This document shows, piece after piece, positions 44,331 to 54,846 of a stretch of 64,000 nucleotides of DNA. The stretch's first letter is position 1, and each line of letters begins with the position of its first letter. The position numbers and the translations under genes were made by a program. The notes below the pieces were generated by a model. It was not told the origin of the DNA, ran no database searches, and worked only from the letters and a program-made list of their open reading frames with translations. The DNA is from Wickerhamiella versatilis (taxonomy: Eukaryota), in NCBI GenBank assembly GCA_030867685.1, contig JAQOWU010000008.1, positions 1,860,001-1,924,000 on the forward strand, read 5' to 3'.

Positions 44331-44801
44331 TCAAGACATCAGTTTTTTGTCGTTACCGCCATCAACAATCAATATAGGCTCGCATGGGGTGGATAGCCTA
44401 AAAAGCTTTCTGCGGGGTCGCTTCCACAGTCTCTTACGCACAAATGAGCGCAAGTACGAGTGTCCACCATGCCATTTCTTACTTCTGAAGTGGAATGCAT
44501 AACACCAGCCCTGGTCGTCAACATGGTGGTTCATCTCAATGAACCATCGAGGCCAAATCCATTCCCAGCTATCATCTGGCGTTTCAAGAGTTCTCAGGTC
44601 AGTACCTAAAGGTAAACCCTCAAGTGAAGAGAATGGCGCTGGGTCGAGTGGCAGAAGAGCGGATGCGCTAAAGAATGGATATCCAAACATGAAAAGCCCC
44701 CGCTGCGATTCAACCTGATATTCGACAACAACATCAGCCATTTGCTTGGCCACTTTATTGCCCTCGGTAGAGCGCGACTGTCGCGCCTCAATGTTGTGCA
44801 T
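44331..44801 (-). CDS. SPO73: Dysferlin-domain prospore-membrane protein (Spo73/Mug65-like)
   Basis: ESQRGLFMFGYPFFS..LLPLDP, WEW..PRWFIEM..VDDQGWCY, FVRKRLWKR; start 44801 or 44741. Confidence 0.8.
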   Translation of the reverse strand: MHNIEARQSRSTEGNKVAKQMADVVVEYQVESQRGLFMFGYPFFSASALLPLDPAPFSSLEGLPLGTDLRTLETPDDSWEWIWPRWFIEMNHHVDDQGWCYAFHFRSKKWHGGHSYLRSFVRKRLWKRPRRKLFRLSTPCEPILIVDGGNDKKLMS

Positions 44802-45358
44802 ACGGGGGAGGAATAGGGCAATGCGGGATTCAGAAAGCTTACAAACAAATGTGGGTCCACCTTCCTCATCAGACCAGCGCAAGCAACAGTTTCATTGAGA
44901 GGGTGTGTATCAATGCGCTCATTCAGGGCATGATATGATACAGTCTCTTTATTGACCTCACATCTGGGTAGATTTGTAGCGAAATATTAAAGCATTTGTA
45001 TAGCCGCTTTTAAACACCTCCACCAATATCAAAAACGAAACTGAGAATAGAAATAGAAATAATAAGGAGTGAAACACTAGCGGAGTTACAATGGCAACAC
45101 AGGACTGCAAGTTGGTATTATAAGGTCAATAGTCGATTCGTCATTCGACGTATCCTTCACCATTGGAATCCAGCATTCTACGAAGAGGTACCGAAGTGTT
45201 CCACTATCCAGTTATATTAACAAAGCAGTATTATTATAAGCCTTAAGCGAAGATCGAAGTGTCAGCAAAAGCGGAGAAGTAAAAGTAAGGTTTGGGAAAT
45301 TAGAGTGTAATTCGTGGGTAACCTTTGGATCATAGTCAGAAGTTTTCCTAATTGAAAT

Positions 45359-46891
45359 ATGATTCTTGAAGTGCTGAAATTACTTGGAATCCTCGTTGTT
45401 GTCCATTATACATACTTCTTTGTCTGGTATAACATTCAAGCGAAGAGAGCTGGTTGTAAATTGCCCCCCACATATATATCGTTTCCATTTGGGATTCGCG
45501 AAGTTTTACGCACTTGGTACTGGTACCATCATCACGATGCTCTTGAATGGGTACGCCGTGAGGTATTAGTAGGATCAAAGCGTACTTTACGCTCAACACT
45601 GGTAACGGTTCCCGCGGTAGTGACTAGCGACCCGGAAAATATCAAGTCTCTATTAGCCACAAATTTTGAAGATTTCTCACTTGGTCGTCGATATCAAGTA
45701 TTCTATCCTCTTTTGGGTAATGGTATATTTACTCTGGATAACAATGGGTGGAAGCACTCGCGTGCACTTTTGAGACCTCAATTTAGTAGGCAGCAGGTTT
45801 CACATTTGGAAAATGTTAAAAGCCATGTCAATCAGCTAATGAATATAATGTCTCGTTTGCCTAGTTATGATGCGCAAGACTTACTCCATCGTCTGACAAT
45901 GGATACCGCCACGGAATTCTTATTCGGGGAATCTTCCAATACCCTCAATGAACTTTCAAGTGGAAGTGTAACCAGCCACCAACCAGTAGCAGCAGATTTG
46001 TTTTCGCGGGCTTTTGGAGATGCATTAGAGATGTGTGCATATCGATTGTTTCTAGGGCCTTTCTACTGGTGTCTTGACTCCTTGAAGTGGAGAAAAGATT
46101 GTCGCACGTGCAAACGCTTTGTAGACTATTACGTCGAATTAGCACTTCAGAAACCAATGCAAGAGGGTGAAGAGGCAGACAAATATGTGTTCATTCGTGA
46201 ATTAACGAAAGAGACCAGAGATCCTCTAGCGATTCGCGATCAGGCGCTAAACATCCTTTTAGCTGGTCGCGATACTACAGCATCGACCCTCAGTTTTACA
46301 ATATGCTACCTTGCAAAGAATAAAGATGTTTGGCGGAAGCTACGGAACACAGTTCTCGAGCAATTCGGACGGGACTTCAGTAGTGTAACGTTTGAAAGCC
46401 TCAAGAGTTGCAAGTACCTGCAGCATGTGATATCTGAAGTACTTCGACTTCACCCCATTGTTGCTGCTAACTTCCGAGAAGCTGTACAACAAACAAAGTT
46501 ACCCCGTGGTGGCGGACCGAATGGTGATGGTGAGATTTACATTGCCAAAGGCACATTCATCCTTTATTTGACATACATATTACAACGTGATCCCGAGTAC
46601 TGGGGTGAGGATGCCGATGAATTTAAGCCTGAACGCTGGGAAACCCCCCAAAAGAACCACAACTGGACTTATATCCCATTCAACGGGGGGCCGCGAATAT
46701 GCCTGGGACAGCAGTTCGCACTTACAGAGATAGGAATTGTTATAGTACGGCTGTGCCAGTGCTTTACAGACTTAGATGTAAAGCTTCAGGTCCCCAGCTT
46801 ATATCGGATGAAGTTACATGAGCGTGTGACCATATCTGTTGAGGGAGGCGTACCAGCAAGTTTTACTCGAGACCCTGAGACCTGCATTTGA
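45359..46891 (+). CDS. Cytochrome P450, CYP52 family (alkane/fatty-acid hydroxylase, CYP52E-like)
   Basis: LLGNGIFTL..GWKHSRALLRPQF, AGRDTT, EVLR, PERW, YIPFNGGPRICLGQQFAL heme motif. Confidence 0.95.
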   Translation: MILEVLKLLGILVVVHYTYFFVWYNIQAKRAGCKLPPTYISFPFGIREVLRTWYWYHHHDALEWVRREVLVGSKRTLRSTLVTVPAVVTSDPENIKSLLATNFEDFSLGRRYQVFYPLLGNGIFTLDNNGWKHSRALLRPQFSRQQVSHLENVKSHVNQLMNIMSRLPSYDAQDLLHRLTMDTATEFLFGESSNTLNELSSGSVTSHQPVAADLFSRAFGDALEMCAYRLFLGPFYWCLDSLKWRKDCRTCKRFVDYYVELALQKPMQEGEEADKYVFIRELTKETRDPLAIRDQALNILLAGRDTTASTLSFTICYLAKNKDVWRKLRNTVLEQFGRDFSSVTFESLKSCKYLQHVISEVLRLHPIVAANFREAVQQTKLPRGGGPNGDGEIYIAKGTFILYLTYILQRDPEYWGEDADEFKPERWETPQKNHNWTYIPFNGGPRICLGQQFALTEIGIVIVRLCQCFTDLDVKLQVPSLYRMKLHERVTISVEGGVPASFTRDPETCI

Positions 46892-47091
46892 GAGTACAGG
46901 ACACTTTTAGACTTCTCCTTAGAACAAAAAATTGTTAGGGATAAGGTCGAGACTAAGGCTCAATGTTCAACATATACTATTCAATTTACCTTTTTAACAT
47001 ATCTTCGTTTGCAGCTTCAATGGACTACATATACCACCACCATATCATAAATAAATCTATACATCTATAAGTCTAAACGAGCAGTAATGCT

Positions 47092-49614
47092 TTAGGAGCC
47101 TATCCCAGCGATACGATCATCATCTAAGCTCAGCTTGCCTATGTCGGTCGGTTCAATAACCGCCTTGTTCAAGACCTTCCCAAGCATAACCTGGAAAGCA
47201 GGCAGAACTTTCTCGATTTCTTTCGTGCTTGGGCGGGGTTCCATTTGTGCTTTACGTGAATCACTTTCTGCCTCATATAGTCTTCGATACTTTTCCCGGG
47301 TTACTGCATCCTGCGAAACGTTTTCTTGCATTTCAGGTAGGAATTCCTCCTGTATATCAGTTTCAAGCTCTGCAAATCCGTATTCCACATCGTCCCATGA
47401 AAGGCCTACATCACTTATGTCGAGATTACTCTGCCCCACGGGAAAGTCGTCAGTTGTTGGTTGATTAATATTACCAGAAGCAGTTTTACGTCTATGATCC
47501 AACCAACTTTGAAGAGAGTCCAGCTCTTTCACAACCTTTTCGACATCCACATTATCGGCAGTGGCAAGCAGGCCCAACAAGTCAAGATTGTGTAACCCCG
47601 ACTTACCGTCCTTGACGAAGTTAACCACAAGAGTAGACCAACCAAGAGAATCTGCAAAGAACCCACTGTCGCGCTTGAAAACACGATTGAGGAATCTAAA
47701 AATACTGTTTTGATGTCTCTGAAGAATATCTATTAAGTCCTCGACAACATGGGCACTTGTTGGACCACCTTGGTTTTTCCCAAGAAATTCCAACACTTCC
47801 GTCATAAATTTCTCGAAATCGCCTACGGATTCCGAAATTCCCGCATGACGGAATACATCAATAAAAACGTCGTAGAGCAGATTAACCACATTCCGAATGA
47901 ACCGAATTGTTGAGGGGTCGGCCCAGAACTCCGACAGGATCTGCTTGTCTCTTTGGCGCACTTTTAACTTTAAAAGATCCTTGAGTTGGGAATATCGCTC
48001 CACATCTGGATCATCATCAGGAACCTCATTCTTGACGGCGAGCTGCCACTTTTCATGCCATTTAACCACGTCCTTCAAACATGGTGAGTTAAAAGTTTCA
48101 AATATACCAACAACAATGTCTGTTTCGTTACTTGTGGAAGAGTGAATGGCCTCTCGAGTGTAATGGTCTGTCCATGAATATTTCGTTAAAGCCTCTATCA
48201 GCTCTGGATTTTTCACTTTGCTCTCCAATTCAGCGATTAGAGTATCTTGGCTACGCATGTCGTCATTCAGTATACGAATAAACATGGTTTGCAGCAAGCT
48301 CTGAGAGCCAAATGGGGTGGCCATAAAGACATCGGTGAGCTTCTTCAAGATAAGAGCTGGGTTCGAGAGCTTTAAAATGCCCTGAACCACTTTGTAAGGC
48401 ATCAGTGAATGCAAACGGTAAATTTGACTATAAAACTCTGAACCGTCGTCCCTTGCGATAAAAGTCTCGTAAAGAAAAGTGGCCACATGGACATCACACC
48501 ACTCAACAACTCTTTGCATTAGCGGAGACATGTCCTCAACCTGGCTTCGTGTCTTGAGCTCATATAGAATTCCGGGTAAAGCATCCTCGAGCAAAATTTG
48601 CTTCTTTACCTCGCCAATTGTTTCATTTAAACGATTTTCGCGCTCTGCTGCAAGATCAAGGAAACGGCGTAGCTCCTGGGCTACCATCTTCTGAAGCTCT
48701 ATACGAAGCTTAATATCTTTGATTTCTGAATCGGAAAGCTCGATTGGATCTTTGAACAGAAAGTCAAGAAAAGGCTCGCTGTTGGAGATCCGCGGTGATG
48801 CACATATTTTTGAGAGATAATAACGGAGGCTTAGCCTTTGCTGTTCTCGTAGCAGCACCACCTTCTCTCCATTTATAGTGGTAGTGGTATTCTTCTGGAC
48901 CTTGACGGGTAGTTTGGGCAATACTTTTCCAGGGAAATATTCAATGAGTTTCTTCTCAAGGGTTTTGAAGTCGTCCCATGAGCGAGCAACCCATATGGGA
49001 GGTACATGCGCGAACTGCGCTTCAACTATGTATTCTGAATGCTTTGTTTGAAACAAGTTGCGGGAGGGCACCTCCCTGACACCTATAACAGAGGAATAGG
49101 GTCCTGGTGGTAATTCAGGCAGCTTTGCTGGTTCTATCGGTTGCTCTGGTACTTGGACCCCAGGTGCTTCAGAGGATTCGTCCGCTGACGGCGAAGGTTT
49201 AGGTGTCTTTTTGCGATTAGATCCCAATCCCGCGACAAATAGCATTAGAAGAGTCCGCTTGATGCCACGACTAATTCTTCGTCGCTTTGTTGCCTCATCC
49301 CGGTCGGCACTTGACGATATATCTTTAGAGGCTAGACCCTGAATAAAAGGCTGAGCAGAATCGACCCAAAACTCTTTATTGGCATTCTTTAACAGCGGAG
49401 AAGTCACCAAGAAATTACTCAAAACGTACCGGAAAATGGGAAACTCGCTCCCAGAGTCATAAGTCCCATTTGGTCGAACAAAAGGTTTACCGAGCGCATC
49501 TATATTCACAAGATTATCAATACGTGCACTCTCTTCATTCATCTCAAGTCTGAGAAGCTCCCTTTTGAGTAGATGTTCATTCTCTACACTGAGAATTGCA
49601 GCCACATCTAACAT
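47092..49614 (-). CDS. PX-domain protein (YPR097W/Lec1-like)
   Basis: EHLLKRELL, LGKPF, SSSADRDEATKRRRI, PX (VARSWDDFKTL..FPGKVLPKLP), REQQRLSLRYYL, LMPY, PFGSQSLLQ. Confidence 0.85.
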   Translation of the reverse strand: MLDVAAILSVENEHLLKRELLRLEMNEESARIDNLVNIDALGKPFVRPNGTYDSGSEFPIFRYVLSNFLVTSPLLKNANKEFWVDSAQPFIQGLASKDISSSADRDEATKRRRISRGIKRTLLMLFVAGLGSNRKKTPKPSPSADESSEAPGVQVPEQPIEPAKLPELPPGPYSSVIGVREVPSRNLFQTKHSEYIVEAQFAHVPPIWVARSWDDFKTLEKKLIEYFPGKVLPKLPVKVQKNTTTTINGEKVVLLREQQRLSLRYYLSKICASPRISNSEPFLDFLFKDPIELSDSEIKDIKLRIELQKMVAQELRRFLDLAAERENRLNETIGEVKKQILLEDALPGILYELKTRSQVEDMSPLMQRVVEWCDVHVATFLYETFIARDDGSEFYSQIYRLHSLMPYKVVQGILKLSNPALILKKLTDVFMATPFGSQSLLQTMFIRILNDDMRSQDTLIAELESKVKNPELIEALTKYSWTDHYTREAIHSSTSNETDIVVGIFETFNSPCLKDVVKWHEKWQLAVKNEVPDDDPDVERYSQLKDLLKLKVRQRDKQILSEFWADPSTIRFIRNVVNLLYDVFIDVFRHAGISESVGDFEKFMTEVLEFLGKNQGGPTSAHVVEDLIDILQRHQNSIFRFLNRVFKRDSGFFADSLGWSTLVVNFVKDGKSGLHNLDLLGLLATADNVDVEKVVKELDSLQSWLDHRRKTASGNINQPTTDDFPVGQSNLDISDVGLSWDDVEYGFAELETDIQEEFLPEMQENVSQDAVTREKYRRLYEAESDSRKAQMEPRPSTKEIEKVLPAFQVMLGKVLNKAVIEPTDIGKLSLDDDRIAGIGS

Positions 49615-49998
49615 GATGTCTACTGGGGTTAGGGGGATGGATTTCCAAGACTTGATGTCTTTGTCTTAGCGAATCCTTTGCCATACATGCTGATGAACTA
49701 AAACAATTTTTATTGGGTAATTGTTCCTGCTAAAGATACTCTTCACAATTCCGTTTGCCAGACAGGCTAAAGGCCACCAGGAGTAATTCTCCAGCCAGGC
49801 CCCACTGTAAAAAAAACAAAATAGGGGACCTAGTAGTTCAAAAATAAATTTACCCAAATACAGTATGATGGTTAGTATGATTTAAATTATTCAATTCAAT
49901 ATTTATGATGGTTAACAGCTATTTTCTGATAACCAAACGCACGAACGGCGATTCACGTTACTCCCACATATTAGTCACAGACACGACGCCCGTACATC

Positions 49999-52900
49999 AT
50001 GGCGGATGATGAAATCCGAGCTATTGAGCCGCCACGCACGCGGACGGAGCTGGCGCTTCTAATTATGCGTTGGAATGCGCTGCGTTCGCAGGGCATGCAG
50101 CCGGCCTTTAGCGAGGAAATGGCACATCTCACCACCCTGCTTCAGCAGCTCTCTGCGCAACAGCGGGAGTACAAGGCTCGTGTAGCGAGCCTGCCCAGAT
50201 CACATTCGCGTGGGTCGCTGAAACCTCATTTGCGTGCACTCAAGCTGCTGACTCGACAGGTTGATATCCCGGAAGACTTACAGGCTGAGTTATGTCAGGC
50301 AGCAGGAGTCCCTATCGGCCATGAGGCACCAACCGGGACCACAGTCTTTGACAAGAGGGTCCAACGCCTTGTCGGGTCTCCCCATCCGGTGGCAGAAACC
50401 GTGGTACGCAACCGTGTTATGCACAGAGTCACAGAGCTCGAAAATTTGGCAGCAAATTTGGGTACCTTGAACGTCGAATCCACCAATCTCCAGGCTCCTG
50501 AAGAAATACCGGATGGCTGCGATGAATTAAAGATGCGGGCATTGGTTGAGCTGAAGCAGCTTCGGCTTCTAACGAACCAGAAAGCCATGCGACAGCATGT
50601 GGTTTATCATTTGGCAGCCGACAGCCGGGACCCAGCATGGAGGGCACTCCGACGCAACCTTAATCGGCGGGTGAAGGTTCCAAGCTTCCAGGAACTGCAA
50701 CTGACGGAGAATTTGGAAAAGCAACAGAGGGCAGAACGGGATTACACGGCTCGTGCTCATAGAATGAAGCTGGTCAATGCGGCTCTCTCGCGTGCGGGAG
50801 AAATTCATAATGAGACACAGCAGGTTAAACAAAAGCATGTTCATCTTTGCCGCCATATACAATCGTTCCACGCTCATGTGGAGAAGGAAGAGGCGAAACG
50901 GGCAGAAAAGACCGCAAAACAGCGTTTGCAGGCACTGCGCTCTAATGATGAAGAGGCTTATATCAAGCTGCTTGATCAAACCAAGGATACACGTCTCACG
51001 CATTTGCTGAAGCAAACAAATCAATTCTTGGCTAGCCTTAGCCAGGCAGTCAGAGTGCAGCAGGCAGAAACGGGTGTTGAACAAGAACTCACCGATGAAG
51101 ACCTTGAGAAGATAGACTATTATGAGGTGGCACACCGTATAAAGGAGCCAGTCACGAAACAAGCTTCTATCATGGTTGGTGGTACGCTCAAGGAATATCA
51201 GATTAAGGGCCTTCAATGGATGGTTTCACTGGTCAACAACAACCTGAATGGTATCCTGGCTGATGAAATGGGTCTAGGAAAAACCATCCAAACAATTGCA
51301 CTCATTACATATCTAATAGAGGTTAAGCGCTGGTCTGGCCCCTTTTTGGTTATCGTTCCCCTCTCCACTATCACGAACTGGACTGTAGAGTTTGAAAAAT
51401 GGGCCCCATCTGTCCGTAAAATTGTTTACAAGGGTCCTCCGAATGCACGAAAGTCTCTTCAAGGCCAAGTCAGGGGAGGAGATTTCCAGGTTTTGTTGTC
51501 CACATATGAGTATATCATTAAGGACCGTCCCCTCCTTTCCAAGGTGAAATGGCAGCATATGATAATCGACGAAGGTCATCGAATGAAGAACACCCACTCA
51601 AAGCTTTCCCTCACGTTGGCTCAATATTATCACTCCCGGTTCCGCTTGATTTTGACTGGCACACCTTTACAAAATAATTTGCCAGAGCTTTGGGCCCTTC
51701 TTAACTTTGTACTACCAAAGATATTCAACTCGGCGAAGACATTTGATGAATGGTTCAATACGCCTTTCGCAAACACAGGATCTCAGGACAAGATGGAACT
51801 TACGGAAGAAGAGCTGCTGTTGATTATTCGACGTTTGCACAAGGTATTAAGACCGTTCTTGCTTCGTCGACTGAAGAAGGATGTTGAGAAGGACTTGCCG
51901 GACAAGGTTGAGAAGGTGATTAAGTGCAAGATGAGCGCTTTGCAGCAGGTTCTGTATCAGCAAATGATAGAACATAATATTGTCTATATTGGTTCATCCA
52001 CTGATGACAACAAATTGAGCACTGGGTTTTTGGGTCTGAACAACAAAATCATGCAGCTTCGAAAAATTTGCAACCATCCATATGTATTCCACGGAGTTGA
52101 GGACCTTGTGGATCCGACACACATGAATGTTGATCTGTTATGGCGTACTGCTGGTAAGTTCGAGTTGCTTGACCGTATACTTCCAAAATTCTTCAAGACT
52201 GGGCATCGTGTATTGATTTTCTTCCAGATGACTCAAATTATGGATATTATGGAGGACTATCTTCGCACCCGGGGTATGCACTACTTACGTTTGGACGGTG
52301 CAACCAAGGCCGAGGAGAGATCGAATATGTTGAACTTGTTTAACGACGAAAACTCTCCTTACTTCTGCTTTTTGCTAAGTACAAGAGCTGGTGGTCTTGG
52401 TTTGAATTTGCAGTCTGCTGATACTGTGATCATTTATGATACGGATTGGAACCCTTTCCAGGATTTGCAGGCCCAGGACCGAGCCCACAGAATTGGACAG
52501 ACAAAAGAAGTTCGTATTCTGCGTCTGATCACCAATAATTCTGTGGAAGAGGGCATTTTGGATCGAGCAATGTCTAAACTTGAGATTGACAGCAAGGTTA
52601 TCCAAGCCGGAAAATTCGACAACAAGTCAACGTCCGAAGAGCAAGAAGCTTTCCTGAGGTCACTATTGGAGGCCGAGGAAGCCAGGCGTGAAGCGAAGGA
52701 TGACGACGAAGAAATGGAAGAGGAAGAACTCAACGAAATTCTGGCAAGAAGTGAGAATGAGGTGGAGCTTTTCAAGAAAATGGATGCTGAGCGGCTTGCC
52801 ACGGATCCTCCTCAAGGCCGCTTGTATACAGAGGAGGAGTTGCCGCAGGTATATAAGGAACCGGTCACGAAATTCATTGATGAAAAACCAGAGCCCCGCA

Positions 52901-53370
52901 ATCGCCAGCGACGCCGTGTGACATATGATGATGGACTCACCGAGGAGGAGTTCCTGCAGCTGGCTGAGGATGCTGAGGAAGAACGTAATCACTCGAGGCG
53001 GAGACCAAAGAAGCAGCGTGTAGATCCGTTATCCCCAGAGGAGCGTAAGTCGTTGACCACGAGGTGCAACGAGCTTATAGATGAGATTATGAATTCAGTT
53101 GCTGAAGATGAGGACCACGTGCGTTCACGGGCTGGCATTTTCTTAGAACGTCCATCCAAAAAGCTATACCCTGACTATTACAAGGTGATCAAGCATCCGA
53201 TCTCACTGTCGGAAATCAAAAAGAATATCGAAACTACTGCTTATAATTCATTTGATGAATTGAAGAAAGATCTTGATCAGATGCTCGCAAACGCACGTAC
53301 TTATAATCAGGAGGGTTCTGTGATATATGAAGATGCCAATGTGCTCCAAGGTATAGTTGATAATGCTTAA
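49999..53370 (+). CDS. STH1: Snf2-family chromatin-remodelling ATPase with HSA and bromodomain (RSC Sth1)
   Basis: HSA, ILADEMGLGKT, DEGH, QAQDRAHRIGQ, YPDYY bromodomain; N-terminus resembles Sth1 more than Snf2. Confidence 0.88.
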   Translation: MADDEIRAIEPPRTRTELALLIMRWNALRSQGMQPAFSEEMAHLTTLLQQLSAQQREYKARVASLPRSHSRGSLKPHLRALKLLTRQVDIPEDLQAELCQAAGVPIGHEAPTGTTVFDKRVQRLVGSPHPVAETVVRNRVMHRVTELENLAANLGTLNVESTNLQAPEEIPDGCDELKMRALVELKQLRLLTNQKAMRQHVVYHLAADSRDPAWRALRRNLNRRVKVPSFQELQLTENLEKQQRAERDYTARAHRMKLVNAALSRAGEIHNETQQVKQKHVHLCRHIQSFHAHVEKEEAKRAEKTAKQRLQALRSNDEEAYIKLLDQTKDTRLTHLLKQTNQFLASLSQAVRVQQAETGVEQELTDEDLEKIDYYEVAHRIKEPVTKQASIMVGGTLKEYQIKGLQWMVSLVNNNLNGILADEMGLGKTIQTIALITYLIEVKRWSGPFLVIVPLSTITNWTVEFEKWAPSVRKIVYKGPPNARKSLQGQVRGGDFQVLLSTYEYIIKDRPLLSKVKWQHMIIDEGHRMKNTHSKLSLTLAQYYHSRFRLILTGTPLQNNLPELWALLNFVLPKIFNSAKTFDEWFNTPFANTGSQDKMELTEEELLLIIRRLHKVLRPFLLRRLKKDVEKDLPDKVEKVIKCKMSALQQVLYQQMIEHNIVYIGSSTDDNKLSTGFLGLNNKIMQLRKICNHPYVFHGVEDLVDPTHMNVDLLWRTAGKFELLDRILPKFFKTGHRVLIFFQMTQIMDIMEDYLRTRGMHYLRLDGATKAEERSNMLNLFNDENSPYFCFLLSTRAGGLGLNLQSADTVIIYDTDWNPFQDLQAQDRAHRIGQTKEVRILRLITNNSVEEGILDRAMSKLEIDSKVIQAGKFDNKSTSEEQEAFLRSLLEAEEARREAKDDDEEMEEEELNEILARSENEVELFKKMDAERLATDPPQGRLYTEEELPQVYKEPVTKFIDEKPEPRNRQRRRVTYDDGLTEEEFLQLAEDAEEERNHSRRRPKKQRVDPLSPEERKSLTTRCNELIDEIMNSVAEDEDHVRSRAGIFLERPSKKLYPDYYKVIKHPISLSEIKKNIETTAYNSFDELKKDLDQMLANARTYNQEGSVIYEDANVLQGIVDNA

Positions 53371-53587
53371 TTTACCTTCGAGACATGTCTCTTTAAGTTA
53401 TCTCTTGCAAATCTAATAAGAACGCGCTCCGGGCCGTGCTAAGGGTGGTTTGCGTACTGGTTAAGAAATTTTGTATAGCGCTAATTATCTTTACTTAGGC
53501 AGTTATAAATATTTTAAATTGCCTATATTAACTTACACATATTTTTTTCCATTAAATATGTAACGTGGATCAAAATTAATTAAGACA

Positions 53588-54802
53588 TCAAGGCCGTAGA
53601 GTGCTACGTGGACCATTCGGCACAATTGAAGTTGTTGTTTCAGGTTTTTTCTCAGTCTTTTGGTCTTCTTTTGGAGCCTGTTCTTCGCGGCGTCGCTTCT
53701 TCGCCTCGAAGTCATGCCATTCTTCATTACCTGGCTCAACATTTTTCGCTAGCGGTTCTTCGCTAAAAAAAGGATGTGATAAAGCCTCCTGGGCAGTTAT
53801 ACGCGACTTTGGATTCCACTTCAAAAGTGATTCTACCAAATCACGAGTATGTTCAGTTATATTAGGCCCAGAAAATATTTCACGGAAGTGGCTCTGACGA
53901 GCACGCTGGTTAGCTGCGAGATAGAACCAAGGAAGTGTATACCTTTCAGGCCACTCATCATATGTAGGAACTCCCATTTTGTTTTGAATCTCTACAATTT
54001 GACTTACTTCAGAATTTCCATGAAATAGTGGTTTCCTCAAAAAAAGTTCACCCAGAATGCAACCAGCCCCCCACATATCAACTTCCGCCCCATAGCGAGT
54101 TGCTCCTAGTAGCAGCTCTGGTGGACGATACCACAAGGTAATAACCCTGTTTGTTAAATCTCTAATTTCATCTCCCCACGTGCTGCGGGCCAGCCCAAAA
54201 TCAGCAAGTTTCACATGACCCCGTAAATCCACTAGAATATTAGAGCCCTTGACATCGCGATGAAGGATTTTTTTGTGATGTAAATATCCAAGCGCAGATA
54301 GTGTTTGCTTCATTACACTTTTTATTTCAGCAGGACCCCAGGTAACGCTCGGGTTCTGCAGTAGTCCTGCCAGGTCATGCTGAATATACTCGAAAGCCAT
54401 ATAAATGTCTCCCTCAGAAACAATCATTTCACGCAAACTTACAATATTAGGGTGTTCCATCGATTGTAGGAGCCGTATTTCTCGTGCAGCTGTCACCGGG
54501 AAGCCTTCTCTCTCAGCCTCAAGTCGTAGCCGTTTCATTGCGACCACCAGGCCAGTGTGTATATTGACTGCTTTGTACACTTTGCCATAGGTTCCTTCAC
54601 CGACCTGTCCTACCTGTTTAAAAACAAGTTCATCAGTGGTGACCACCCCGTTGGCGTCAGGCTGCGGAGTCTGACTGGGGCGTCCTTGAGAGCGAAATTT
54701 AGAACCAGATTTCCATCTACCTCTCCCACGCCCCTGATGGAAGTTATTCCCGCGTCTCTTGGTAAATTCTTGCCGAGGACGCTTAACCGGCGGACCACCC
54801 AT
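53588..54802 (-). CDS. CTK1: CTD kinase catalytic subunit (CDK12-like)
   Basis: QVGEGTYGKVYKA, EREGFPVTAAREI, HRDVKGSN, TNRVITLWYRPPELLLG, EWHDFEAK; first ATG at 54802 (track start 54883 is GTG). Confidence 0.93.
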   Translation of the reverse strand: MGGPPVKRPRQEFTKRRGNNFHQGRGRGRWKSGSKFRSQGRPSQTPQPDANGVVTTDELVFKQVGQVGEGTYGKVYKAVNIHTGLVVAMKRLRLEAEREGFPVTAAREIRLLQSMEHPNIVSLREMIVSEGDIYMAFEYIQHDLAGLLQNPSVTWGPAEIKSVMKQTLSALGYLHHKKILHRDVKGSNILVDLRGHVKLADFGLARSTWGDEIRDLTNRVITLWYRPPELLLGATRYGAEVDMWGAGCILGELFLRKPLFHGNSEVSQIVEIQNKMGVPTYDEWPERYTLPWFYLAANQRARQSHFREIFSGPNITEHTRDLVESLLKWNPKSRITAQEALSHPFFSEEPLAKNVEPGNEEWHDFEAKKRRREEQAPKEDQKTEKKPETTTSIVPNGPRSTLRP

Positions 54803-54846
54803 ATAAGCCCTGAGATCCTTATTCAGCTTGTTGAATACACTTAACA

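Noticed and set aside
44900-47090. Sophorolipid/glycolipid biosynthetic cluster around the CYP52
   Set aside because: No glucosyltransferase, acetyltransferase or ABC transporter nearby; neighbours are SPO73-like and PX-domain genes
50569-51216. Long antisense ORFs (215 aa here; also 38372-38983, 42768-43325, 15609-16145, 4546-5043)
   Set aside because: Shadow frames of well-supported genes with no recognisable domains
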